60,000 nucleotides of DNA, from assembly GCA_013239625.1 (NCBI GenBank), contig MU053431.1, positions 1,392,485 through 1,452,484 on the forward strand, in the 5' to 3' direction. Below are positions 9,223 to 21,087 of this stretch, piece after piece; the stretch's first letter is position 1, and every line of letters starts with the position of its first letter. This DNA comes from Lama guanicoe (taxonomy: Eukaryota). Made by a program: the position numbers and the translations under genes. The notes beneath the pieces are model-generated. The model saw nothing but the letters and a program-made list of their open reading frames with translations, was not told the origin of the DNA and searched no databases.

Positions 9223-11227
9223 GTCTGCTGCCTCTGATGTGTCCTTGAGGGCCTGAGGGAGAGGTGGAGGGGACAGAGGGCTGTCAGCACAAGGGGCCCC
9301 GGGCCTCTGGGGATTAGCCTCAGGGCCCCGCGGCAGCAGGGCTGCTGGGCATGCTCAGGCCACGTCTTTTCTGCACGTAGGGGCTGGGCATGCCTCCAGT
9401 AACACCCCAGTGCCCGAGCTTTCAGGAACAATTCAGTTTTGATCTGACATCAAATCTGCAGCCAGAGCAGGAGTTCTTCACCCAGAGCCTTGTTTTCATG
9501 TCTTGTAGTGCCAGAAGCCCTTGTGTTCTGGAAACCAGAGACGGGCTTTGCATCTGTTTGCTCTCTGTCTCAGGCCATCACAAAGGATTTCATGGAGTAA
9601 AGCCAGGTCTGAGTAGCATTAATTATCCATGGCCTTTCATCTTGGTTGCTGGGCCCCCACCACACTCATCTTCAGAGGGGGAGGCACTCAGGATGCCTCC
9701 CTGTGGCTGACCCGTCACGGGGCACTCGTGGGACGGCAGAAGAGTCCCAGAGGGCAGGGTCTCTGTCCTATTCTTGGCTGTGCCCGCAGCAGCCTCAGGA
9801 CCTCATGCAGAGAAGGTGCTGATAAACCCTTGTGGGATGAATGGTGAGTGGTGGCTGACTTCAGGTGCATTTAGGTGCCTTTCAGTTTGGAGCCATGTCT
9901 GAAAGACGGGGTGGGAGCTGGAACGCAGACCGAGGGAAGCCCTGTCCTGCCTCCCTTGGGCCCCTGCGCACCAGGCCCGCCTCTAACAGCCATTTACGCG
10001 AGAGGCAGGCTGCTCTGAAGTCTGATCAGCTCTTGCTTCGTGGATGTGGACCCGCCTGGGGCACCGCCTGTCGACCCCTCGCCCCGGGACAGGGACTGCC
10101 ACGTCACCCTCCCTGTGTTCTCCCCGGGTGCGCACTGGACGGCGCGGCGTGGGCTGTGGGCTGGGGCTGGGCCGCCTTGTCCGGCCTCGTTCTCCTGGAG
10201 CCAGCGTGGCCCCAGGCCTCCGTGGCTCACTTCCTCTCACCCAGCAGTGCTTCTGTCCCAGCTGCACTCCCCACTGTGGTCCCACGTCCCTGCTGCCCCA
10301 GCGCCAGCTGTCCCCTGGATTCCTCTCCGGTGTCCTCCGGCCTCCCGCGGCGGGCACGGGCTGCCCCGCTTCCTTCATTTCCTCACCCTCTCGCTTTTCT
10401 CCTGTTGATGGAGTCGGCGTCTGCCTTAGGCCATCCTTGGCTACTTGCGGCCTCTCTGGAAGCAGTTCTGAGAGTCGGGGTCCTAAGTGCAGAATTTCCT
10501 AAATTCCCCAGTTTTTGGCTCCCCTGAGGCCTGGATCCCCAGTTCCAGGGCTCCTGTGTCCACTTGCTCCAGGTACCAACCTCCAGGCTTCTGAGGGGCC
10601 TTCGGGTGCTGCCCCTGCCCTACCCCTACCCCGCTCTGGAAAGCTCTCTTCCCGCCCTCTGCCTCTGCAGAGGGGCACCCCTTCCTCATCGTGGTCCTGG
10701 CCAGTAGGATGCAGGGAAGGGGCTGCGCGGCCCGCAGAAGCCCCCAGCCTCGCAGCTTTCCTCTGCCCTCTTGATCCCTACTGGCCTGCAGCCTGTGTCC
10801 AAGCCTGGGCTGGCCCACTGGTGGGTGACAGGCCCCATGAAGGGAAGACAAACGTCTATACTGCCCACCACAGGATCTGAGCCGCGCAGTGGTGTGGGGC
10901 ATCTTGGGCTGATTCGCATGGTTACATAGCTTAGGTGCAAAATGAGCCCTAGGGTGGGGCTGCTTCATCCCTCTCAGGGTGGCCTGGTCAGGACCCCCCA
11001 GGGCCTCCAGCTCAGCACATCTGGGATTGATGGCCTCACTCCTGGGCGAGCAGCTCCTGCAGAGTTGGGCCCAGGAGCCACCCCGAGGCCCTGCAGCCCT
11101 GGCACGGAGCTGCTGCTCCCCGGGACACATGTCGTCATCCCAGGCCTGGCCCCTTCCTAGGATGGGGCCATGGTGCTGGGGGCGGGATGCGGTAGTGCAT
11201 CTGCTCTGAATTAAGTTTAATCAAACC

Positions 11228-11740
11228 TGTCCATCTGCTCCAGTTGCCGTAACAAAGTCCCACAAACTGGGGGGCTTAAAACAGCAGAATTTTGTTGTGT
11301 CCCAGCGCTGGGGGCCAGAAGTCCAAAGTCAAGTTGTTGGGGCGGGGAGGGTGTAGCTCTGTGGTAGAGCGCATGCTTAGCATAGACAAGGTTCTGAGCT
11401 CAATCCCCAGCACCTCCGTTAAGGGGAAAAAAACCCAGGTGTCCCAGGACTCTGCTTCCTCTGGGGTGGGGGGTCAGAGGAGGGTCCTTCCTGCCTCTGC
11501 GGCTCCTGGTGGCCTGGGGGGCCCTGGGCTTGTGGCTGCATCACTCCCGTGTCTGCCTCTGTCTTCACGTGGCTTCTCCCTGTGTCTCTGTCCTTGCTTC
11601 TTGTAAGGACACCAGTCATTGGGTTTGGGGCCCGGGGGCCTCCCTTTGAGATTCTTAACGGATTCCGTCTGTAAAGACCCTGTTTCCTAGTAAGTTCACC
11701 TGCCAAGCTTCCAGTAGATGTGAGTTTGGGGGGTGCTCCT
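11228..11740 (-). mobile_element. MaLR solo LTR (MLT1B/C-like), interrupted by a SINE
   Basis: TGCCGTAACAAAGTCCCACAAACTGGGGGGCTTAAAACAGCAGAA..AGAAGTCC..CTTGTAAGGACACCAGTCATTGG..AAAGACCCTGTTTCC matches the reverse of the MLT1 consensus as I recall it. Confidence 0.75.
11339..11433 (+). mobile_element. tRNA-Ala-derived SINE (camelid-type) nested in the MLT1 LTR
   Basis: GGGGAGGGTGTAGCTCTGTGGTAGAGCGCATGCTTAGCAT..GGTTCTGAGCTCAATCCCCAGCACCTCC plus an A tail; degenerate TSD AAAGTCAAGTTGTT / AAAACCCAGGTGTC. Confidence 0.8.
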
Positions 11741-12473
11741 TGACCCCGTCTGTACCCTATGCAACGCTGGCTTTGCATAAGCTCTATAACATGCCCGGGC
11801 CCCTTTGACTCCCTGCACGTCGGCCTGCGTGTACAACCCCTGTATGTCACAGATGCCTCCTGCAGCCCGTCTGGGCACCCTCTCCTTCCGGGCTAAGCGC
11901 CGGCCCTCGCCCAGCCTGCCCTCGCTCCTGCTGCCCGCCCCCCATCGGCCCCCTCTCTGCTCCAGCTGTTTCCTGGCCACACTGAGGACACTGCAGGACA
12001 CCAGCCTTCTGTGCTGCCGACCCCTGTGATGCAGATGCCCTTCCTCAGACACCGCATCAAATGCCTCCCAGCTGGGGGGCCTCCCTGACCACCTGATCAA
12101 GGACGGCCATGCCAGCCCCTCTCGGTGCATGTGGCTCTTCCAGCGCGGATGGCTCGCTGGTCTGGGCTGTGTCCCAGGGCTGGAAGGGGCGGATCTGGTA
12201 CCCAGAGGCCTGAGGACATACCTGCTGGGCGGAAAGTGGTTCAGGTAATCACACATGTCTGTCGGGCACATGCCAGTGTTTACAGACGGGGCACACAAAG
12301 ATCGCGGAGTGGACAGCTGCCCACAGGCAGGGGTCGGTTCAGACAGCGTCAAGGGTGCTCAGGCTTGCGGATGGGGAGGGGCCGTGGCTCTGAAAGGGCA
12401 GCAGGAGGGCCTGTTAGTGTCGTGAGCACGAAGGTCCCACAGGTCTGCACATGTGATGAAGTCAGTCGCACGG

Positions 12474-12630
12474 GACTGAGTGTTTAACAGGTAGACTGTC
12501 TGGGAAGATGAGGAAGTTCTGGAGATGGGGAGATGGTTGCACCAGAAAGGGAGCATGCCTAAGGCCACTGAATTGTGCACTTAAAAATGGTTAAAAGGGT
12601 AAACTTTATGTCTGTTTGGCCACAGTGAAA
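12474..12630 (+). mobile_element. L1M (L1MB-like) 3'-end fragment
   Basis: GAAGTTCTGGAGATGG..ATGGTTGCAC..CCACTGAATTGTGCACTTAAAAATGGTTAAAA..AAACTTTATG. Confidence 0.75.
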
Positions 12631-15600
12631 CCAGTGCACGGAACCGGGCACGCACACATGTACATGCACATGGTTACACACGTGCAGGCGAGCGTGCGCC
12701 GGGCACTGTCCACTGTTGCTATTACTTGTAGTCTCATGGCCAGGACTGGATGTAATGGTCAGCCCCACCCAAGGCCAGAGTGTCACCTCTTCTGAAAGGG
12801 CAAAAGGCTGAAAAGGATAGAGGGGGCCCTTGGGACAACCCTGACCCCATGGTCTACAGGCCCCCAAATTCGTGGGGCGGAGCCAGGGCTGCCTGAGGGG
12901 CTGTGGTGGCAGAGGGGCACATGGCTAGTCTCCTATCTCGCAGTCCTTAGATTTCTTATAGAAAACATTCTTTCCTTGCAGAAAAATCAATGGACACCAG
13001 TGGGTTGTTATTTCCCCAGAGCCAGGAAATCACTCTATAATCTCTGCTGTGGCCCCTGGGGTGGGAGAGGCAGGGTTTCTGCTGTGGCTTTGGTCAGGGC
13101 AGGTCACCCAGCCCAGCCACTGTACCTGCCACACGTGGCACTGGGGGGAGCGACGCCCACTGGGAGGGGGGGTGGTCTGTCACCCCACCCCCACTGCCAG
13201 ACTTCCCTCCTTTGCACAGTGGGGACAGTAAAGCGCAGCAGAGTAGGGCCGCCGATGGCCTGGCCTGGGGGCCTTAAACGTGCTCACTTCAGCCCCGCCC
13301 AGGGTCGAGAGAGCCATTCCCCTAGGCAGCATCATGCCTCCTAGCTGGGTCCAGGCCACAGCAGCCACCGTCCCCCCACCGCCAGCCCTGGTCCCTTCCC
13401 TTCCCTTCCAAGGAGCTGGGTGGATCCCTAGTGCCCAGTTCTGTCCCCCAAAGTGTCCCTGTCCCTGAGGACAGAGAGGGTCGCAGTGTCTGCTAGACTT
13501 CTATCTCAGATTCGCAGCAAAGAATGTAGTGCGGGGCCTACTTACCCGGAATGTTATTTGTTGTGACAGACCCTGGTGGCCCTGAGCTCCGTACGGCATC
13601 TGACAGCAGGTGGCGGGGTAAAGCGGGGTTGGGGGGTGCTGTGGAAACACAGCCCTTGATCATCCTCACGGATGCCTGGCCTGGAGGTGGGTGCAGGGCC
13701 AACACGGGCGCAGGGGAGGCTGTACCCCTACAAGGCGTGTCAGTCACAAGGAGTCGTGCCTTCTTCCAGTCCCTGGAGGGGAGCCAGCGGGGTCAGAGGC
13801 TCGCCTCGCCAGCCTGCACCAGGACGGCCCAGGGCAGTCCCAGCTGGTCACTTCCAGCCAGCTGTCCCCTGGAGTTCCTGGGGTGGCCCCAGCAGCAGCT
13901 GCCCTCACCCTGGGATGGTGGACGCCTGTCCACATGTCCACCTTCCCGTGACTGAAGGGGCTCCCAGGGACCAGCAAGGAATGTCTGGGGCCCACAGCTG
14001 ATTAAAGGGGGCATCTTCAACCCCCAGTGCTGGTCCCAGGAGACATCTGTGTGGCCCCAAGAAATCCCTTTGCCCCATGGCCCCCATAGAGCTGCTGGCC
14101 CACCACGGGGCTCCATCCAGCACTTCAGAACAAGGGATTCTGAACTCCCAGCTGGATGGATCTGGAATCCTTGGTGAAGTCAGGGTCTGGCTTGGGCCCA
14201 GCAGGTAGCCGGAGCTGAGGAAGGTGTGCGGACACCGTCCATCCCCAGCCCTTCACCCCTCAGTGTCTCTTCCTGTCTGAAATGCCTGTATCAGAATTAG
14301 GCTCACCAGGATTTAAAGACTGTCCTCTGCTGAAGTGTGGATCTCCACCTCTGCCTGGACAAGGCAGTCCATCACACTTCACTGTGCGTTCACAGACTGG
14401 AGGGCCTGAGGATGGGCAGCTGGTTCCCAGGACGGAGCAGACACTGGCTGCCGAAGGAAGCCCCGGGCCCTGGGGCACCAGGGAGGGGCCAGCGAGGGAA
14501 GGGTCTGCCCACTTGTCCACCCTCCTGGCTTCTCAGGAATCTGTGTTTCTGCCAAGCTGCGACCCAGGAAGAGGGCAGAGGGCAGGTGCTCCCCGTCCAC
14601 TGAGCTGCCCGCCTCCCCCACTTCTGCTCAGAACCAGGGTTTTCTGGACTCTTAAAAGATCGTCCAGCATTTGAAGTGAGAGCATTTAAAGGTCATCACA
14701 TTTGTCATGTTTGAATTTGGAAACTGGTGACTTCGGAGTGTCACAGATGCATTTTTAGCCCAGTTCAGTTCCCACGGCGTTACCATCCACCCCCATCCCC
14801 TCTTACATCCCAAAACCTCTCCTTTCTCTCTCCTCTCCCTTCTTTCATCTTTCTCTTTTGAAGGATATTTTTGTGCCCCTCTGAGATTTGTGTCCAACAG
14901 ACTTCAGAGTGAGCACCTCCTGCCTCCTCTAGACACAGTGCCTGCCACCCTGGGGGCAGGGTGCTGAATGCTGCGTTGGACGCCCTGTTTAACAGATAAG
15001 GCCAAGACAGAGTGCCTGTTCCAGGTCCCCCGAGCGGTAGCCTGTGGGCAGGAAGGATGTCACAGGTGAATGGCTGGCCTCCTGACCTTCAAACCCTTAC
15101 AGCCGGTATGTTGAAAGATTGCTTTCCTACCAACAATCATTGCAAACAACTAATTACTATTTACCCAATAATTAACTCCCTTCCCCATTTTTTATTAAAG
15201 TTGCAGACCTCCTGTGGGCAGAAGTGTTCCATCCCCCCACCCCACCCCAAGACAGAAGGGTACCAGCCTGGGCCATCACATCACAAAACCTCATCTTGTG
15301 CTGGCTTTAGGGAGGAAGGAGTGTTTGATGACTCATGAAACCTAAAGGTCCAGGGGCTGATTTCAGGTCAGGCTGGATCCGGGTGCTCTGACAACGAATG
15401 GCATGTGGAAGCCATCTCTGTCCAGTTCTCGGTGTGGCTTTCCTCTGCCGTGGCTGCACCAGGTATATTCCCTCATGGGGTGGCCTCGATGAGGACAATG
15501 TTGGAGGCCACCAGGTCAGCGACTCCAGCTGGAGGGCAACTGCAGCCTCCCAGGGCTCCAAAGTCCCAGGACTGCCACGCTTTGGCTGCACTGGAGACAG

Positions 15601-15902
15601 GCACCACCCCAACCTCTCTCGGTGATCCTGACCAGCCACACCTGGGACCGTCTCCCGTCCTGGAGCCCAGGGGTGGGGTTGGCCCCCTGGACCCATTGGA
15701 GAAAAGGTGGAATGGTTTCCAAAGAAAGAGCAGGTGCTCTGTCTCCAGAAGAAGGGGTGCAGCAAGGGGCCGTGGATGTGCTCAGGGGCCTGTGTGTGCT
15801 TCCCAGTCGCGCTGCAGGTGCCCGGGGCATCAGGCTCCAGGAGAGGAAAGAGAAGGTGACCTTGAGGGCAGAGGGCATAGAGAAAGTGGTCATGGAGGGA
15901 AA

Positions 15903-16050
15903 TTCTTTAGCTGTGTGACCTTGAGCAGGTCATTTAACCTTTTGTCCTTCTGTTTTCTCATCTGTAAAATGGGAATAATCCTAACTACTCTGTCTGGGGG
16001 CTAGAACAGGCTCAGAGTGGTGCCTGGAACGTTGTAGGTGTTGTTAGTTA
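15903..16050 (+). mobile_element. MIR SINE
   Basis: AGCTGTGTGACCTTGAGCAGGTCATTTAACCT..TTTTCTCATCTGTAAAATGGGAATAAT core. Confidence 0.75.
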
Positions 16051-19000
16051 CCGTTATAATCTAAGCGCCTTCCCTGTGCCAGGGGCCATGGCCATCCTTC
16101 CCAGGCAGGCACCAGGGACCCCAGCCTCAGGCCCTGCCCCTCCCCAGATCCAAACCTGCTAATCTCCGTCCACCCCGGCCTCCCCGCTGCTCCAGGGCCC
16201 CCAGCCCTGGCCTCCTTCCACCTCTCACCTGACCCCTGTGCATCCTCAAGAGGAAACCCAGGCCCCTCTGGGACTTGACCCTGACCCCTCTTCCAGGCTC
16301 CTAGCTCCTGGAGGGCCCCACCCACTGCCGGTTCCCCGTGTACCACAAGGCCTGGGGAGGGGCCCTGGGCCCAAGAGGGCCAGGCCCACATCCTGAGGCA
16401 CCAGGAGCAAGATGTCCCTTTGTCCTCCCCAAACCAGTGAGGGAGGCTGTTTGATCTGCAGGGGCTGAGGGACCTGCCCAGGTCGGACGGCCAGGACGTG
16501 ACATGGTTCAGACGACCACCTTCCCTTCCATCTAGGTGACTCCAGGCCCTGAGTTCATTCCCACCCAGTGAGAAAGGAAGGAGAGAATGGGGCAGAGACA
16601 GTCCTTGGAGGCACCAGCGAGGGGGACCCTCACCCAGCCCCTCCAGCCCACCACCTGGCTGCGGGGAGCAGGGAAGCCCAGGGACGTTCTCGGTGTGGGC
16701 GCAGGTGCAGGTGTCCTGAACAATGGGATTGCTTCAGGAATGACAGGCAGGCAGAGCGCCCGCACCTCCCGCTCCAGCCACACCACTGAGCCATGACAGC
16801 CCCTCCTGGAGGAAGAAACTGAGCCCGGGAGCCCCTGCCTGGCCCCTCACCCTACTGGGCTCCAGGTCCCCTCAGGGTTCCTGGGTTTCAGTCCTAGCCT
16901 CCTCCAGGGGCAGTCCCCTCCCCCAGGCCTCAGTTTCCCCCCGAAGCACATTTCCTGCCCAACCTGAACAGCTGAGCACTGGGACTTCAGGCTTCCTGGA
17001 TCCTCTGCACAGCAGTGGAGGACATACAGCCGGCACTCAGTTCATGCTTCGTGTTAAAATCAGCAGAGTTGAGCTCTGGTTCCAAGGCTCGCAGGAGCCC
17101 TTCCCAGATGAGCCACCAGGCAGGTCTCCCCTCCGTGCTCTCCATCCTGGGGTTGGGGGGCACAGAGCTGGTCCGCCAGGAGGGTGCAGGGCCATGGGGA
17201 CCAGTTTACACACCACCAGGTGTGTGTGCCAGGGAAAACCCAACCAAATGTGGGGATGGAGTCTTGGCCACCCCCCGACTGCTGAGTGTGGGATGTGGGG
17301 CAAGTCACCCAGCCCCCAGGGCCCCAGCTCTCGGGGGCCTCCAGAATGGAGAGCTGAACACCACTCGTGGGGTGGCTGCAAGGACACAGCGTGCCAGGAA
17401 ATGTTGGTGAAAGTTTCTTTGCAACCCCCCGAGCCCAGCCATGAGGGTCAGGGTGAGGGGTAGGGAAGCAGTGGCCAGACACAGCACGGCTCCCCACATC
17501 CCTGCTGGGAGACCCCAGGCTCCCTGGTCATGGCCCTAACTCCGCAAAAAGATCACTGAATACTTTGGACTTTTGTAGAAGGATGGGGAACTTATGGTTT
17601 TCATCCCAGGCTGGGAAGGACTCTCACTCAGCATGTGCCCAGAACCTCTTCTCTGGGGGGCTCCCCGAGAGCTACACCAGGGCAGGAGAGGTGACTGGAC
17701 ACCCCCAGCCAGGGCAGCCTGAGGGGCCCAGTTGAGAGGACCCTGTAGACTTTTGTTGCCCTCAAGCCTCTGTTCCCTGCGGGCCGGCCCTGACAAGAGC
17801 CAGGTCACCCATCCACCTGGCCATTGCTGAGTTCCTCAGGGCTGTCCCCTCCCCAGACTCATGCTCCTGCCAGTCTTTTTCCTCACGTGCTCCTCCAGGC
17901 ACCCACTGTTAGGACTGCCGGCCCAGCTGGACCACACTTACAGGTAGGCCACCCAGCCTATGCCCCACCCTAGGGCCTAAGGCTCTCCCCGTAGTGCCTC
18001 ACTGTCCTCAGAGGCAAGGCCACACTCCTTACCTTGGCCCCCAGTTCCCGGGGTCTCTCTGCTGCCCACACCACCCCTACCCCCTTCACCTGCCTGCCCT
18101 TCCTTCAGCCCCTCCTGCCTCTTGGGGTGCCTGCCACCGGGCTTAATGAAGGTTCGTGGAATGAATAAATGAAATGCCACCACCGCAGACAGGCTCCCGG
18201 TCCAGCTGGCTTACGAGCCAGGCCACCCCCTCCTCTTGGTCCCCTGCCCATTGAACATCCCCACAGTCCTCAGCCCCCACAGAGATGGCTCTGCTCATGG
18301 GCCCACTGTTTGTTCACCTGGCTGCCAGCAGCCCAGCCCAGCGTAGAGCCTGGCACACAGCTGGTGCTCAATAAAGAGCAGCAGCTGGCGTGGGTGGTGC
18401 CTGTGGAGGCGGCTGCGCAGCCGGGGGCTCAGCTTTGTCTCTCGGCCCAGCGGGTCGGGTCCAAGGAGAAAGGACCCCTTGGTGTGTTTGTTTGCTGCAG
18501 GACGCAGGCCCAATAGACTCCGTGTCTTTCTTCTCTCCTCCTCCATCCCCGCGCGGGAGCTGGGGGAGCAGCAGTTTCCAGAGATTGAAGGCAAAATTGC
18601 TTGAAAGCCTGCACTTTTATCCTCCAATTTGTGGCCATTTAGCAGGGCCGGGTGGAAGGGCAGCGAGGACTCTGGCTGTGCAGGCAGCTGAGAGGCGCCC
18701 ACCGCTGCAGAGAATGGGTTCTTTGTCCTTCCTCAGGCAGCCCCGTGCTGCGGACCGAGGCCCACCCACCCGGGTGCCAGAGGGGAGGCCAGTGGCAGCC
18801 TGCCATCCACCCCATGGGGCCTCCAGGGCTGTGAGGGCTTCCCCGAGCTCCGGGCCACAGGGGGGGTCCGCTGCCCCTGCCACCACCTTCCCAGGCTGCC
18901 CCTGCTCCAGCCTCTCTGCCCATGCAAGGGGACCTAGGCTCACCCCTCCCGCTGGCTCCAAAAGAGGGGGTCCAAGAAGGTGGTCCTGCCTGGACCAGAG

Positions 19001-20055
19001 GGGTCCCTTGTGGTCGAGGGGGGAGCCAAGGGAAGGGGTGCCAATTTAGGATTCTGGAGGAAGTCTTCCGAGCGCTTGGGAGAACAAGTTGCAGGCACAG
19101 CTGTGGGGTGAGAAGATGTCTGGAAGACGAAGGTTTGTCAGTTTTAGATGTCGCTGTGGACAGCTTCTCCATGCTGCAGTGGTGACAGTCAGAGCCGACG
19201 TGCATCTGAGTGCCAGAGATGGGGCCCTGGGCGCCTGGCTGTGAGAGAGGACCACCAGGCCGGTGAGAGCCTCTCTCTACCGTGGTCAGAAGGACTGTGG
19301 AAGCTGGGCCAGCACGGTGGGGGAGAAGCAGAGGCTGTGTGCATGAGGTGAGGGGAGAGAGGGCTCTCGTGGCTAGAAAGGAGGGGAGGCTTCCTGGAGG
19401 AGGTAGCATCTGACCCACCCAAGTTTGTATAGCCCCTAAATGAGGCTGGGCTTGCCCCTTCTCCAGGGACTCTGGGCACCTGGGGTGAAGGTTAGTGTTG
19501 GCCCTCTCCGTGGTGCCCACTGCACCTACCCCCATCAGGTCCTTCTCCTGGTTCCGGTCCATCACCCTCAGTCCTGCCTCCCGGCCTTTGCCCACAAAGC
19601 TCCTTTACCAGAGACACCTCCACTCCTTTGGCCCACCCTCCCCTCCACCCCTCACGATTGGCTCCAGCCCCCCAGCCCTTGGAAGCTCCCCAGGCAAAGA
19701 TCATTGCCAAGAACGGTGAGACCCATGCGGGGGAGGGGGCAGGCTGCAGCAAGTGGGGGCTGTGGCTTGTATTTTCAAGACCGAATGAGCCCCCACCCAG
19801 CGCCATGCCACCCTCCAGGACGGAGGGCACAGGGGCGGTCCAGCGGGTGGGGCACCGCTGGGGTGCGCATCCCTTGTTAGGATTAAACCCTGATGCAACC
19901 ACTGGGCTGGCCTCTCCCTGACCGCAGTCCCCGACTTGGAAAAAAACACTGAGGCCAGAGGAGGCGCAGGTCTGAGTGCCCTCATGCCTCCCTGGGGAGC
20001 TCAGCCCGCCCCCCCCACAAAGTCCTCAGGGATCAGCACCAGTAAGAAAATACAC

Positions 20056-20061
20056 TTTACT
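20056..20061 (-). terminator. HRH3: Probable HRH3 polyadenylation signal, variant AGTAAA
   Basis: Minus strand reads CACAGTAAAGTGTATTTTCTTACTGG about 1 kb after the stop, resembling the recalled human 3' end AATAAAGTGTATTTT. Confidence 0.5.
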
Positions 20062-21087
20062 GTGGGCCTCGGGGTCCACAGGGGCAGCGCCACAGGTGCA
20101 CGGGAGAAGAGCATGCAGAGCGCCAAGCAGGTGTGGGGGGTGGCGAGGCGGCCCCTCTGCTGGGCCCTGGCCTCCTCTGATGGCCCCTGCGAGCCTCAGG
20201 ACCCCCAACCCCAGGAGACTCTGGTTGAGTAGATGGAGTGGGAGGGGTGGCCTCTGGACAAGCAGGCGTCCGGAGCTCTGGCCACGCTCAGAGCTGCCAG
20301 TCGGGGCCCAACACACCCCGAGCTGGGGGCGGGGTGGGCAGAAGCAGCTGGCACAGCTCAGCCGGAAGCGGCAGCACAGAGGAGGAGGGCGTGGGAGCCC
20401 ACACCTGCCAATCCAGCCCCGAGCTCCTCAGCAATTTTGTCTCTCTTGATTAAACATCCAAGGAACAGCAAGTTCACGGATGTGTTTTCTTCTCCGTCTT
20501 CTTGAAACACCCAAAATGGAGAAGCAGAGAACTGCCTTGCGGTTCCTGGGGGGCACCTGGCACTTTGGGAGTAGCGAAAGTGGGAGCGGAGAGGGATGAA
20601 GGATCCAGGCCCAGATTTAAGCAGGGGACAGGCCGCAGTGAAGGAGTGGCCGGGGCTTGTCTGGCACCAGGAAGGTGTGCAGGTGTGTGCTGGTGCAGGG
20701 GCAGAGCGCCAGCTCAGGAGGCCTGGAGCACACACCAGTGCTTGCTTTGGGAAGAACACTGAGCAGTAACTGTGTGAAGGGGGACATCACTGGTCATCAC
20801 GCTGTCTGGGGGACAGTCAGAGCGGCTGGGACCTCTGGGTTGTCTCCCCTGGGGTGGAGCGGGGTTTGGGTGGCCACGTTCCCGTTCAGGCAGCAAGGGC
20901 TCTTCCAGTGAGGCCACCAAGCTGCCTCAGCTGCCGGCAGATGGTCTGAGAGGCTGCCATGGCATTTAGGGTGGGCCAAAGACAAGGCGTGGCTCACACC
21001 TGGGGGGTGGCCAGGTGGAGCGGGGCATGGCCCAGCTGCCCGGGAACCCGGGGCCCGGTGGTGGGGGCGGGGCCAGAGGGGGCCAGC

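Noticed and set aside
11339..11433. Functional tRNA-Ala gene (also 2412-2490)
   Set aside because: Stems and B box are mutated, there is an A-rich tail, and both copies sit inside other transposons, so they are tRNA-derived SINEs.
18163..18376. AATAAA hexamers as gene ends (also ~30964 and ~36217)
   Set aside because: They lie within L2/MIR remnants (GAATGAATAAATGA, GTGCTCAATAAA) with no associated plus-strand gene.
18639..19595. 318-aa minus-strand ORF
   Set aside because: No recognisable domain and Pro/Gly/Ser-rich composition expected from GC-rich non-coding DNA.
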